This document shows, piece after piece, positions 1 to 8,916 of a stretch of 56,607 nt of DNA. The position numbers and the translations under genes are program-made. The notes below the pieces were generated by a model. It was given only the letters and a program-made list of their open reading frames with translations, did not search any database and was not told where the DNA came from. Source of the stretch: a virus (taxonomy: Duplodnaviria; Caudoviricetes); IMG/VR virus record IMGVR_UViG_3300024232_000327, positions 1 to 56,607 of that record; one strand, given 5' to 3'. The stretch's first letter is position 1, and each line of letters opens with the position of its first letter.

Positions 1-157
1 GGCCTTCGTTGAAGACTAAAAACAAATAAGTCTCCCCCCCCTGGTCAAGAAAAAATTATTTTTTGTTTGATAATTTTAATTAGTCGGGTATAGGGTATGC
101 ATAGGGTATATATATATTATGTAATACCTATTAAGATAATACCTAAATATTATTTAC

Positions 158-493
158 TCATTTACTTCCCTGCGCAGTACGCTTATTCTCAAGGAGGTTA
201 GCTGGGTGCATAGGGTCTACAGGAACACCGTCTGTTCCTACCGCAGCAGAGAAGCCTGCATGTTCCTCGTGCTGCTTACTGGAGTTATGGTGTGAGAAGC
301 AGAGAGACTGTAGCTCACCCTGCCAGAATAGCGTGGAGTTACCTCTGTGCGGAACCACATGGTCCACTACGGTAGCTGCTTCCACCCTGCCTGCCTGTAT
401 GCAGTACCTGCATAGAGGTTCCTTGCGTAGGTGTGCAGCCCTGAGGTCGTACCAACGCTTGCAGCGATAGAGCTTATATGCGGTCTTGCTCAC
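158..493 (-). CDS. HNH endonuclease (packaging-associated, HK97 gp74-like)
   Basis: PLCRYC...ATVVDHVVPHRG...LQSLCFSHHNS.KQ HNH motif with Zn ligands; position at the start of the late operon. Confidence 0.9.
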   Translation of the reverse strand: MSKTAYKLYRCKRWYDLRAAHLRKEPLCRYCIQAGRVEAATVVDHVVPHRGNSTLFWQGELQSLCFSHHNSSKQHEEHAGFSAAVGTDGVPVDPMHPANLLENKRTAQGSK

Positions 494-500
494 GGTTCAC

Positions 501-686
501 TCAAAGATGAGTAATTGGCTTAGCAGAGCCAAAACCTATCCAGTAGCCTCTGCTCTCGTAATAATCCTTGACCGCCTTCTCACCGTACCTCTCAATCGCT
601 TCGGCTACGGTAATATCTCCCATGCGAGAGACTTCTTGCGTCTTTCCTTCTCCAGTCCAAGGATTATCCTTATACCTCTTACTCAT
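501..686 (-). CDS. hypothetical protein
   Basis: 61-aa ORF with a GAGGA RBS-like element upstream, co-oriented between the NusG-like and HNH genes. Confidence 0.55.
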   Translation of the reverse strand: MSKRYKDNPWTGEGKTQEVSRMGDITVAEAIERYGEKAVKDYYESRGYWIGFGSAKPITHL

Positions 687-775
687 CTTTCCTCATCCTC
701 AGGCTTCGCACTCTACGCTACATGTGATGTAGCATACTCCATCGCGTGAGAACCCATGAGCGCGCAGTCACCCGG

Positions 776-1414
776 TTATCGGGTGTGGTACCTCAGGTTA
801 GTTCTGACGCGTGATGCTCTTCGCGAGCGCTGTCTGATGCGCCTGTCGTGAGCTCTGCTAACCGGCTGAGAGCTTCTCTTGCGGAGCTCGCTCTCCTTCA
901 CGTTGACTAGGACGGCGCGACCGAGCCACTCCACGAGGACTACGGCGCGATCCTCGCCTATGGCGTTCTGGTAGATGCCGTAGACGTCGAGAAATCCGTC
1001 GACGACGACTTCGTCGCCGTACTTGAACTGTCGCTCGGGTTCCTCGAGAGGCAATGTCGTTCCGCCTCCGCAGATCTTGACGAGACCCTCGACTACGTCG
1101 TGACGAACCACTGCAGGTTGACTCCCGAACGAGACGATGCTCATCACCCCAGAGACGTGGTGAGCCAGGTCCCAGCACGTGGCCATGGGAACGATGATGT
1201 AGGACGGAAACGCCGGCTTCAGCTTCTCTACGAGACGACCGTGATGCGCCGCCTTGAAGCGACGCATGAACAGGAAGTGAGGGATGTCGATCTTCTCGAG
1301 GCGCTTAGAGACGCGGACCTCGGCGTTCGGCATAGTAGTGGCTAAGACCCAGTCCTGCGTCACATCTCGAGACCCCTCCTGGAGCAGTTGATGACCAACT
1401 GGTCCGCGAATCAT
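776..1414 (-). CDS. nusG: NusG/RfaH-family transcription antitermination factor
   Basis: NGN-like WVLATTMPNAE...PAFPSYIIV...GVMSIVSFG and KOW-like FKYGDEVVVDG...AVVLVEWLGR; start uncertain. Confidence 0.8.
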   Translation of the reverse strand: MIRGPVGHQLLQEGSRDVTQDWVLATTMPNAEVRVSKRLEKIDIPHFLFMRRFKAAHHGRLVEKLKPAFPSYIIVPMATCWDLAHHVSGVMSIVSFGSQPAVVRHDVVEGLVKICGGGTTLPLEEPERQFKYGDEVVVDGFLDVYGIYQNAIGEDRAVVLVEWLGRAVLVNVKESELRKRSSQPVSRAHDRRIRQRSRRASRVRTNLRYHTR

Positions 1415-1422
1415 CTTTTTCA

Positions 1423-1451
1423 GCAGTACCTCAAAAACTTGTGGAAGTAAA
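1423..1451 (-). promoter_or_regulatory. sigma70-like phage promoter for the nusG-like gene
   Basis: minus strand TTTACT-N17-TACTGC with GG before the -10 element, matching the promoter family elsewhere in the window. Confidence 0.5.
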
Positions 1452-1514
1452 CACCGTCATGTGCTAGATCTGCCATCAGAAGGGCCGTGAGGCCCTTGTC
1501 GAGTTTTTGGAGCG

Positions 1515-1795
1515 AACTATCCTATCTAGATAGGATACCTGGAGAGAGATAGGATAGCAAGATGTCCTAGGGGCATCAGCAAAAATCCTATCTATCCTAA
1601 AAATCCTAACTTTTTGACAGCCCCTACACAATGGAGTTGGAGGAATACCCGTGCGCGGGTATCTTCTTTCTCCTCCAACTCATTATTATATAATATATAT
1701 ATATAGATAGATAGCATAGATAGGATTAGGGCTGGTGGCATCAGCTCCAAATGCTATCCTATCTAGTATCCTATCTAGGTCAAGATAGGATACAT
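1515..1795. repeat. putative replication origin (ATCCTATCTA/TAGATAGGAT iterons, palindrome, hairpin, AT tract)
   Basis: perfect 20-bp palindrome TATCCTATCTAGATAGGATA at 1518-1537; further full or partial iteron copies near 1547, 1585, 1717, 1756, 1768 and 1784; inverted repeat GAGTTGGAGGA/TCCTCCAACTC at about 1634-1681; TATATA run at about 1685-1705. Confidence 0.65.
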
Positions 1796-1914
1796 TTTCT
1801 CTTTCTCCCTGGGATGTCAGCGACTTAGCTCTATCAAAAGAGTAAAATAGAGTATAAATATCGCAAGTTTCCTATGTGCCGCAGAGACTTCTTGAGTTTC
1901 AAAATGAGTAAAAA

Positions 1915-2214
1915 TCACCGATCCGAGGTCTCCATATCGCGCTCCCTGGCCCGCATCAGGTCCCTGAGCCACATCTCCCGGGCCGTCTTGCGGTCGACAC
2001 CCCACACTCGGGTCAGCTTCTTGATGTAGACGATCTCCGGCTTCGACTCGTGGCTGGTCCGGTACTCGTGGCACTTGTCCGGGTTGGCACGCTGCCAAGC
2101 CGCGGTCCGCGCCAAGATCTTCTCCTTGTCGCGGAGGTAGCGCCTGCGGTCGAGCTCCTTGCGCTTCGCCTTCCGCTCCTGGTCCGTGTAGATCCGCTTG
2201 CGACCCATCTTCAC
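1915..2214 (-). CDS. small basic hypothetical protein
   Basis: Arg/Lys-rich 99-aa ORF; AGGAGG RBS (CCTCCT on the plus strand) and TTTACT-N18-TAGAAT upstream. Confidence 0.6.
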   Translation of the reverse strand: MKMGRKRIYTDQERKAKRKELDRRRYLRDKEKILARTAAWQRANPDKCHEYRTSHESKPEIVYIKKLTRVWGVDRKTAREMWLRDLMRARERDMETSDR

Positions 2215-2371
2215 CTCCTGGGTTGAACAATTCTACCCCAGGACCGGCAACAGAGTAAATTATTATTTTTTATCAAGACCCTACTACACGAGGCCTCTTG
2301 AGAATGTAAACCTCACGACAGGAGCTAGATTCAGTCTTATGTACTCTCCAGGCGACCGGCGGCAGGCGACT

Positions 2372-4648
2372 TCAGAACGGTATGTGATCCTCGACCGGCT
2401 CCATGAGGTCCTTGTCCCAGTCGGTGCGATCGTCCTCCCACTGGACGTCCTGCTGCACCATCGTCGAGAACTGCTGTCTGCACTCCTTCAGAGATGGCAG
2501 CACGTAGCACCAGTCCTGACTGTCACTGAGCTTGTGGCCCTGCCGGTCTACGCGGTCGATGGTCAGCCGCCTGCGGATCATGCCCTTCACGTACTTCGCC
2601 ATGAACATGCCTACGCCTACCTCGATGGACCTGCGTCGCGCCCCTTGAACGCTGCTGTGCTTCACGTATCGCGCGAACAGCGCCATGACCGGGCACGTGT
2701 TCTTCTCTCCGTGACCCATGGGCAGGTATCCGCGGCGTAAGGTGTCGAACCACCAGCCCTCCAGCGGACTGCTGCTCTCGATCTGCTGCTCCAAGAGAGC
2801 CGCGGTCTTCGGCACCCGGCGAAGATTCACCTGGGTAAGATCGAAGTGGAGGAGCCAGTAGAGCAGCGCCTCGCGTCCGCCCTCGTTCATCTCCTTCTCG
2901 ATCGCGCCGAAGTAGTCGCTGTTCTGGATCTGGGCGTCGCCGACGTCGAACACGGCGAACCTCCGCTCCATCATCCCTGCCGGGACGAGCCAGTCGTGGT
3001 TGCCGGTGACGAACAGCCGGATGAAGTTCTTCACCTGGATCGGGTCGAGGCCCTTGAACTCGATGGGCTGGGTGTCACCGGTGATGATGTCCTTGAGCCT
3101 GCCCTCGCCTCGCTTGTCGCCGGCCCAGAACGCCTCGTCGGCGTGCAGCATCAGCAGCGAGGCCATGTGGCTGTTGAACTGACCGGTGATGTAGCGCGGC
3201 TCGCTCACCAGCAGGTAGTGCGGACCTATCAGCGTCCCCATCACGCGGCCCACGATGGTCTTCCCTACTCCCTGCTTCCCTCTCAGCACCAGCGACGTGC
3301 CGATCTTCTTCTCCGGGTGCTGGAACAGCTGGGCGAACCACGCCATGATCCAGTTGAACGTCGTCGCGTTGTCCTGCGCCACGTTGTGGAGCATGTGATC
3401 GAGGAACAGCTGGCACGAGCCCTGACGCGGAGCTACGGCCCAGCCCTTCCACAGGTTGTAGAAGCCCTTCCGCGTGTCGGCAGGGTTGAACTCTATCCCT
3501 CTATACTCGCGTCGCGTGGGGCTCTCGATCCAGAAGTCGCTGATCAGCTTCTTCTTCTTGCCCACTACGACCTTCGGCTTGTTGCGACACATCACCGTGA
3601 AGGTGCTGACGTGCATCAGGTTCACCGATCCGTAGGCGCTGTCCTCGACCTCCATCACGGCTACCTTCATGCCGACCTTGACGAGAGCGTACTTCTGGTT
3701 CATGTCGTCTAAGATGGAGCTGTTCTTCTCGTCCCGCTCGGTGCCGCTCTTCTCCTTGGCCTTCGCGATCTGGGTCACCACGTAGTCGCGGCCGCGATTC
3801 TCGGTGCAGTGCTCGAACACGGCGCAGCCGCGCTTCGACGGGTCGAGACACGCGGCTACGATGTCGTCGTCGCTCACGCTGAACCTGAGACACCCTACGA
3901 TGAAGGCGAACGTGAGCTCGCTCCGCGTCGGGTAGGCACCGTGGGTCTTGCCAGAACCCAGGTTGGGGAGGCTGAGGAGCGTGGCCACGCTGGGAGGTAT
4001 GGCGACGGCTTCCTTCAGGCTCGCCTGGGTCTTCTCCTCCGGGCTGTCGCTCGACCGGTTCACGGTCTTGAACGTGCGGCGGGCCCGCTTGGCCAGCTCG
4101 TCGACCGTCGCGCGGCACTCGCTGCCGATGCTGTGGAGCCCCATCTCGTTGATGGCGTGTCCGGTCATGACGATGTAGCGGCCGGTCATACCCGCATAGG
4201 TCTCGCAGGACACCACGTCGTCTACTCGCTGCTTGCGGTGGATGTCGAGCGACGGGTCGCACGTGCCGATGATCCTGAGACCCGTGCCCGAGATGGTCAC
4301 CTCGGCGTAGGAGTTAGCCTTCATCACCTTCTCGAGAGCCCACGGGTGGATCGCTCCCGTCTCCGGGTCGCGGCAGTTGTCGATGTCGAACGCGGCGAGG
4401 CCTGCGTCCATCACGAAGCCGATGCCGTCGAAGCCGACGCGGCTCTTCATCGCCTCGGAATATGTGACCCAGGTGGCAGGGTCCGTGCTGCTCGCCTTGG
4501 TTCCGCTGACCTGGTACGGGATCTTGGTGTTCCTGCCGCGGACCTCCTCGAACCTCCACAGCACCCAGTTCTTGCGTCGCGTGAGCTCCTCGAGCCTCGT
4601 GGGCAGCGACTCGAGGTTCACGACGAGACGCAGCTCTGGCTTGGCCAT
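2372..4648 (-). CDS. primase-polymerase (AEP) fused to DUF5906-type P-loop helicase
   Basis: N-terminal WVLW..KIPY..ASSTDPATW, FDIDNC and YAEVTISGTGLR; Walker A GKQGVGKT, Walker B HADEAFW, and ERRF. Confidence 0.9.
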   Translation of the reverse strand: MAKPELRLVVNLESLPTRLEELTRRKNWVLWRFEEVRGRNTKIPYQVSGTKASSTDPATWVTYSEAMKSRVGFDGIGFVMDAGLAAFDIDNCRDPETGAIHPWALEKVMKANSYAEVTISGTGLRIIGTCDPSLDIHRKQRVDDVVSCETYAGMTGRYIVMTGHAINEMGLHSIGSECRATVDELAKRARRTFKTVNRSSDSPEEKTQASLKEAVAIPPSVATLLSLPNLGSGKTHGAYPTRSELTFAFIVGCLRFSVSDDDIVAACLDPSKRGCAVFEHCTENRGRDYVVTQIAKAKEKSGTERDEKNSSILDDMNQKYALVKVGMKVAVMEVEDSAYGSVNLMHVSTFTVMCRNKPKVVVGKKKKLISDFWIESPTRREYRGIEFNPADTRKGFYNLWKGWAVAPRQGSCQLFLDHMLHNVAQDNATTFNWIMAWFAQLFQHPEKKIGTSLVLRGKQGVGKTIVGRVMGTLIGPHYLLVSEPRYITGQFNSHMASLLMLHADEAFWAGDKRGEGRLKDIITGDTQPIEFKGLDPIQVKNFIRLFVTGNHDWLVPAGMMERRFAVFDVGDAQIQNSDYFGAIEKEMNEGGREALLYWLLHFDLTQVNLRRVPKTAALLEQQIESSSPLEGWWFDTLRRGYLPMGHGEKNTCPVMALFARYVKHSSVQGARRRSIEVGVGMFMAKYVKGMIRRRLTIDRVDRQGHKLSDSQDWCYVLPSLKECRQQFSTMVQQDVQWEDDRTDWDKDLMEPVEDHIPF

Positions 4649-4805
4649 GGTAGATTCCCGGCTTCTAAGAGGAGATCAGGAGCGGAGATCCTTACCTATC
4701 TCGGAGCCAGAGTAAACACTGAGTGGACTTCCTGACGCATCGAGGTAAGATCTCTGTCCGCGGTCTCTGGTCGTCTGTCTCCTCTCCCGGCGCCACCAGA
4801 GATCT

Positions 4806-4846
4806 GTCCCCGAGGAGCCTCCCGCGCACCCGGTATCCTCGGGGAC
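4806..4846. repeat. 11-bp inverted repeat in the divergent intergenic region
   Basis: GTCCCCGAGGA ... TCCTCGGGGAC. Confidence 0.6.
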
Positions 4847-4857
4847 GCTGAGCCTCA

Positions 4858-4900
4858 AGTAAATCTAACTGTTTACTTTATCTTTTCTCTGTGGTAGGTC
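4858..4900 (+). promoter_or_regulatory. phage promoter with overlapping AGTAAA-N8-TTTACT inverted repeat
   Basis: TTTACT-N17-TAGGTC, with AGTAAA 8 bp upstream of the -35 element. Confidence 0.6.
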
Positions 4901-4924
4901 GGCAGATCAGAGGAGACTAGAGTC

Positions 4925-5398
4925 ATGCTGGCACGATCGTTTCTCGCTCCTGAGGTCCTCGGCATCACCGCCAAGCAGCACGCGGCCCTGGTCGAGGTCC
5001 TCCACATGATGGAGCGAGGGGAGCTGCGTCACGTAGACTACGACTTCGACATCTCAGGTCTTCATCAGGAAGGAGCCTTCAACATGCAGTGGTGGGAGCT
5101 CCCGACCTCGCGATTCTCGGCTTACGACGTCGTCGAGTCGAACTGCGGCACGGTCTGCTGCATCGGCGGGTGGGCGGAGAGGGTCGGAGGCCGCGGCCTG
5201 TTCTCCTACTACAGGAGCGTCTTCAGAGACAGGGACGTCTTCACAGACATCATGAGGGACTCCAAGAAGCGACGACTCCACGACCTGTTCTTCCCCGAGG
5301 CGAACCTGTCTCGGATCACCGTAGATCAGGCGTCTCGAGCGCTGTCGAGCTACCTGACCACGGGCCGCGCCGGGTGGGACGAGATCGTCAGAGCTTAG
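4925..5398 (+). CDS. hypothetical protein (paralog A)
   Basis: GGAG RBS; MLARSFL..., FNM..W, CGTVCCIGGWAE and TVDQASRALSSYLTTG shared with the next ORF. Confidence 0.75.
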   Translation: MLARSFLAPEVLGITAKQHAALVEVLHMMERGELRHVDYDFDISGLHQEGAFNMQWWELPTSRFSAYDVVESNCGTVCCIGGWAERVGGRGLFSYYRSVFRDRDVFTDIMRDSKKRRLHDLFFPEANLSRITVDQASRALSSYLTTGRAGWDEIVRA

Positions 5399-5426
5399 AT
5401 CGTCAAGACGCAGGAGGAGGCTTCCG

Positions 5427-5813
5427 ATGCTGGCACGTTCCTTTCTCAGCGCCGAAGACCTGGGCATCAGGCAGGACCAGCGCGACGCGCTGATCAAGGT
5501 GCTCCACATGCTCGAGAGAGGGGAGCTGGTCCACACCGTCTTCGCTCGCGAGACGCATCGCGGCTTCAACATGACCCTCTGGGTCGAGAAGCATCGCTGC
5601 GGCACGATAGCCTGCATCGGCGGCTGGGCGGAGCTAGTCGCTAACGACTCTAACCTGTTCGACGTCGTCGTCAACAAGCTCGACGAGCTGTTCTGCCCTC
5701 CCAGGGACGAGGTGGCGAACTACGCCTCCGTCACCGTCGAGCAGGCGTCTCGAGCGCTGTCGAGCTACCTCACCACCGGCGACCCGCGATGGTCTGAGGC
5801 GACGAAGTCCTGA
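5427..5813 (+). CDS. hypothetical protein (paralog B)
   Basis: GGAGG RBS; tandem paralog of 4925-5398. Confidence 0.75.
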   Translation: MLARSFLSAEDLGIRQDQRDALIKVLHMLERGELVHTVFARETHRGFNMTLWVEKHRCGTIACIGGWAELVANDSNLFDVVVNKLDELFCPPRDEVANYASVTVEQASRALSSYLTTGDPRWSEATKS

Positions 5814-5844
5814 GATCCTGAGAGCACAAGAGAGGAGCAGACTC

Positions 5845-6216
5845 ATGAGCGACCGCAAGATGCCGCAGGAGTACCAGAACCTTCGCGAGCTTTCACGACT
5901 CCTCCGCGACAGGAGTCGCTGGCCTGAGAACTTCGAGTGGGACTACTCGCGGTGTACCAACTGCGCCATCGCCCTGTGGCAGATCACCAGAGGTCTCGAG
6001 CAGGAGCCGTTCGTGCCCGGAGAGATCTGGGTCGTCGGCATTCAAGATGTTCTCTTGGATCTCGGCGTGCGTCGCGACTTCAGCACCCTGTGGCACAGGC
6101 AGGTGCGACTCTGTGACCCTCTCGCGCGGAGACGTGAAGTCACCCCAGACGACGTAGCAGATGCCGTCGACGCCCTTCTCAGTCGCGTGCCGCAGGAGGC
6201 CTCATGGCACCAGTAG
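5845..6216 (+). CDS. hypothetical protein
   Basis: GGAG RBS; co-oriented ORF with core codon usage. Confidence 0.6.
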   Translation: MSDRKMPQEYQNLRELSRLLRDRSRWPENFEWDYSRCTNCAIALWQITRGLEQEPFVPGEIWVVGIQDVLLDLGVRRDFSTLWHRQVRLCDPLARRREVTPDDVADAVDALLSRVPQEASWHQ

Positions 6217-6431
6217 ATCTCTCCCCGCTCTGGGTCGTGGCCACCCTCATCTTCGGCGAGTCACTTCCAGCTAAGGTGATCGACGCCCACACGTTCCGCA
6301 GCGAGGCCGCCTGCATCCTGTACGCGCGACACAGGTACGGTCAGGGTCTCATGGACGCGTTTCGCCTCGAGTGCGTAAGCTCCGGTCGCATCAACGACAC
6401 CACGCGACTCCTGCGACGCAGGGAGGACTGA
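6204..6431 (+). CDS. small protein with hydrophobic N-terminus and Cys pair
   Basis: GGAGG RBS; F.S..AC...F.L.C pattern shared with 6815-6991. Confidence 0.55.
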   Translation: MAPVDLSPLWVVATLIFGESLPAKVIDAHTFRSEAACILYARHRYGQGLMDAFRLECVSSGRINDTTRLLRRRED

Positions 6432-6432
6432 G

Positions 6433-6600
6433 ATGGCCCATATCATGGGGCGTCACTTTTGGATCGTGCTCTATGGCCTGCTAGGCCGCGACCCGCCATC
6501 GGTCAGGTGGGATAATGAGTGGGGAAACTCCTGCTGGTTCTCCATGGGGTACAATCCAAACGGCAGGATCGATTCCGCACGTTGGTGGAAGCACAAATAA
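6433..6600 (+). CDS. small hypothetical protein (55 aa, not in ORF track)
   Basis: read by hand: MAHIMGRHFWIV...RWWKHK*, after a GGAGG RBS. Confidence 0.5.
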   Translation: MAHIMGRHFWIVLYGLLGRDPPSVRWDNEWGNSCWFSMGYNPNGRIDSARWWKHK

Positions 6601-6611
6601 AGGCCGCCCAA

Positions 6612-6818
6612 GTGGATATCGTGAAGCGCCTAAGGCAATTCGCTTACGACAGCCCCGATGAGGAGCTGCGCGAAGATGCCGCCGCCGAGATCGAGCGATT
6701 GCGTTCTGCCCTCGGGGGCATGCTTGACGAGTTTTCTGCGAACTTCCCAGATGATGAAAATTCCGCAGTTGATTTTGCCCGCAGCGTAGTCGCCGTACAG
6801 GAGAGGCCACTCAGATGA
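6612..6818 (+). CDS. small phage protein (DIVKRLR...AAAEIERLR type)
   Basis: GTG start inside ORF 6519-6818; pattern typical of small phage accessory proteins. Confidence 0.55.
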   Translation: MDIVKRLRQFAYDSPDEELREDAAAEIERLRSALGGMLDEFSANFPDDENSAVDFARSVVAVQERPLR

Positions 6819-6991
6819 TGATGGCTCTCCTCACCACCTGGGTCGTCAGCGCCTCTCTTGGCAGCGTCGAGCCGATCGACCCTATGGAGTTCACCACCCG
6901 CGAGGCGTGCCTCGCCCACATGAACCAGAGGTACAGCAGCGCGGTGATCTACACGTTCCACCTCGACTGCCGCCGGCAGGTGCGATCATGA
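6815..6991 (+). CDS. small protein with hydrophobic N-terminus (not in ORF track)
   Basis: read by hand: MMMALLTTWVVSASLGSVEPIDPMEFTTREACLAH...FHLDCRRQVRS*. Confidence 0.55.
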   Translation: MMMALLTTWVVSASLGSVEPIDPMEFTTREACLAHMNQRYSSAVIYTFHLDCRRQVRS

Positions 6992-7094
6992 GATCGAGGA
7001 GGCGAAGAGCGAAGAAGAAGACCAGGCGTCGCAGGCCGAAGCTGTCTGCGAGGTCCAAGCAGAAGATCCTCTATCCGGGTGTGAGGAGAAGACT

Positions 7095-7466
7095 GTGGAC
7101 TACGAATATCGAGTAGAAAGAGGAGAGAGAATCGTGACCAGTGACTACTATCGCGTAGAAAGGTCACCTAGCATCAGTGACTACTTCGACTGGCTCGGCT
7201 ATCACGCCAGGGACCGCGTGACCGGCTTCACCGGCGTGGCCGACTCGGTGTGCTTCGACCTCTACGGCTGCGTTCAGGTGAGCCTCACGCCGGAGCAGAG
7301 CCCGGCGAGCGACAAGGAGTGGAAGCCGGGGCGATGGTTCGACGTCAAGCGGCTCGAGAGGACGTCTGATACCCGCGTGATGGAGCCTCCTCGGTACTCG
7401 GCTCCAGGCTCAGAGATCGGAGCCGCCGACAAGGCTCCTCCAGATCGCGACCACATGAAGTGGTGA
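7095..7466 (+). CDS. hypothetical protein
   Basis: LG..ARDRVTGFTGVA...LYGC.Q...P....WFD..RL, a pattern seen in small phage proteins. Confidence 0.65.
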   Translation: MDYEYRVERGERIVTSDYYRVERSPSISDYFDWLGYHARDRVTGFTGVADSVCFDLYGCVQVSLTPEQSPASDKEWKPGRWFDVKRLERTSDTRVMEPPRYSAPGSEIGAADKAPPDRDHMKW

Positions 7467-7897
7467 GGGAGAAGGACAGGTCGTTCGGTCGTCAGTTCCG
7501 CCGTCTCTCGCCTGAGCAGCGTGATATGGCACAGCAGGCGATCCGTCACCTGAGCAGGGCGTGGCTCGAGGGAGACAGCGTCGAGATGGAGATCGCCTGC
7601 AAGGTTCTCAACTCTCTCCTCGACGCGGCAGAGATCCTCTCTCTGAAGGAGATAGCCGGAGAGAAGTTCCAGTGCAGTGTCACGGAGTGCAGTCGCGAGA
7701 AGGGTCGCGGGTCGGGTCACGGGATGTGCTACTATCACTACAGGAGGTGGTACGACGACCAGGTCAGGTCGGGCCACGTACCAGATCCGACGCGGAGAAG
7801 AAGGAGGATAGAGGAGAGATCAGATCACCCCGAGGTGTGCCGTCGCTGCCACGAGAGGATATGCAGGTGCCATGCAAGAAGAAGGAGAAGCACGTGA
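7460..7897 (+). CDS. hypothetical Zn-finger protein
   Basis: CSVTEC...GMCYYHYRR Cys/His motif. Confidence 0.55.
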   Translation: MVREKDRSFGRQFRRLSPEQRDMAQQAIRHLSRAWLEGDSVEMEIACKVLNSLLDAAEILSLKEIAGEKFQCSVTECSREKGRGSGHGMCYYHYRRWYDDQVRSGHVPDPTRRRRRIEERSDHPEVCRRCHERICRCHARRRRST

Positions 7898-8240
7898 CCA
7901 TCGTCACAGGCGACGTGATGAGCGAGCTCAAGAAGCAGCTCGACTGGCGCGGTCCCACCTCCGGCAAGAGGCAGGGCCACGTGGTCTTGTCCTACGACTA
8001 CGGTGAGTTCCTGTATCGCCGCGTGCTCGACCTGATCGCGACCCAGGACGCGCTGGTCAAGGATCTAGAGAGGAAGGACAAGACATGATTCATCATCCTG
8101 TCGTCATGACGGTCTGTCTCTCCTTGCTGGTCCTCTTCTCCTTCGTCCTGGGATACGACATGGGATGGCAGAAGCGACACGAGCAGCAGCGACTCCGTGA
8201 CAAGATCCGTGAATCTCAAGAGTGGTATCGTGACCGCTGA

Positions 8241-8283
8241 AGTAAAGAAAAAGGTTTACATCCCGCCTCAGATGAGGTAGTCA
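8241..8283 (+). promoter_or_regulatory. phage promoter with AGTAAA-N8-TTTACA
   Basis: TTTACA-N17-TAGTCA, with GG before the -10 element. Confidence 0.55.
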
Positions 8284-8319
8284 GAGATCAGGCCTCCGCA
8301 GGCCTCGAGGAGACACCAG

Positions 8320-8916
8320 TTGCCAAGCCAAGACGAAGATCTCGACGCCCTGATGCGTCAGGACGCGGTGAGCAGTGAGGATCGCCTCGACGCTCTGTCC
8401 AAGCACGTTCGCAGGTGGCGCGACCTCAAGGTCGAGATCGCGGACCTCGAGGAGCGACTCGCCACCAAGTCGCGGTCGCTTCGCGACATGGAGCGCGACA
8501 GGTTGCCGGAGCTGTTCAGCGCCAGCGGCGTGGACCGCGTCGACGTGCCGGCGGACGGCAACTTCCCAGGGGCGCAGGCCGAGCTCAAGCCGTTCTACCA
8601 GGCTGCCATCCCCGTGGGGTGGCCGCAGCATCAGAAGGAGCGAGCCTTCCAGGAGCTCGACGCCCTGGGTCTCGACGCGATCGTCAAGCCCTCCGTCGTC
8701 GTGACCTTCGACCGCGGCGACCTCGAGGCGGCCCTCAAGCTGTGCAGGGAGCTTCAGAATAGAGACCTGCCAGCCGTACTGGACCAGCGCGTGAACCACC
8801 AGACGCTGACCGCAGCTCTGAAGGAGCTGTGCGAGGCAGACCGGCGACCCAGCCCGGAGCAGCTCAGCGCCATCGGCGCGACGGTCGGCAAGATAGTGAA
8901 GGTGAAGCTGCTGTGA
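8320..8916 (+). CDS. replication-module hypothetical protein (coiled coil)
   Basis: GGAGAC RBS with TTG start; LPELF...G and V(N)HQTL.A motifs resemble proteins next to phage SSB genes. Confidence 0.65.
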   Translation: MPSQDEDLDALMRQDAVSSEDRLDALSKHVRRWRDLKVEIADLEERLATKSRSLRDMERDRLPELFSASGVDRVDVPADGNFPGAQAELKPFYQAAIPVGWPQHQKERAFQELDALGLDAIVKPSVVVTFDRGDLEAALKLCRELQNRDLPAVLDQRVNHQTLTAALKELCEADRRPSPEQLSAIGATVGKIVKVKLL

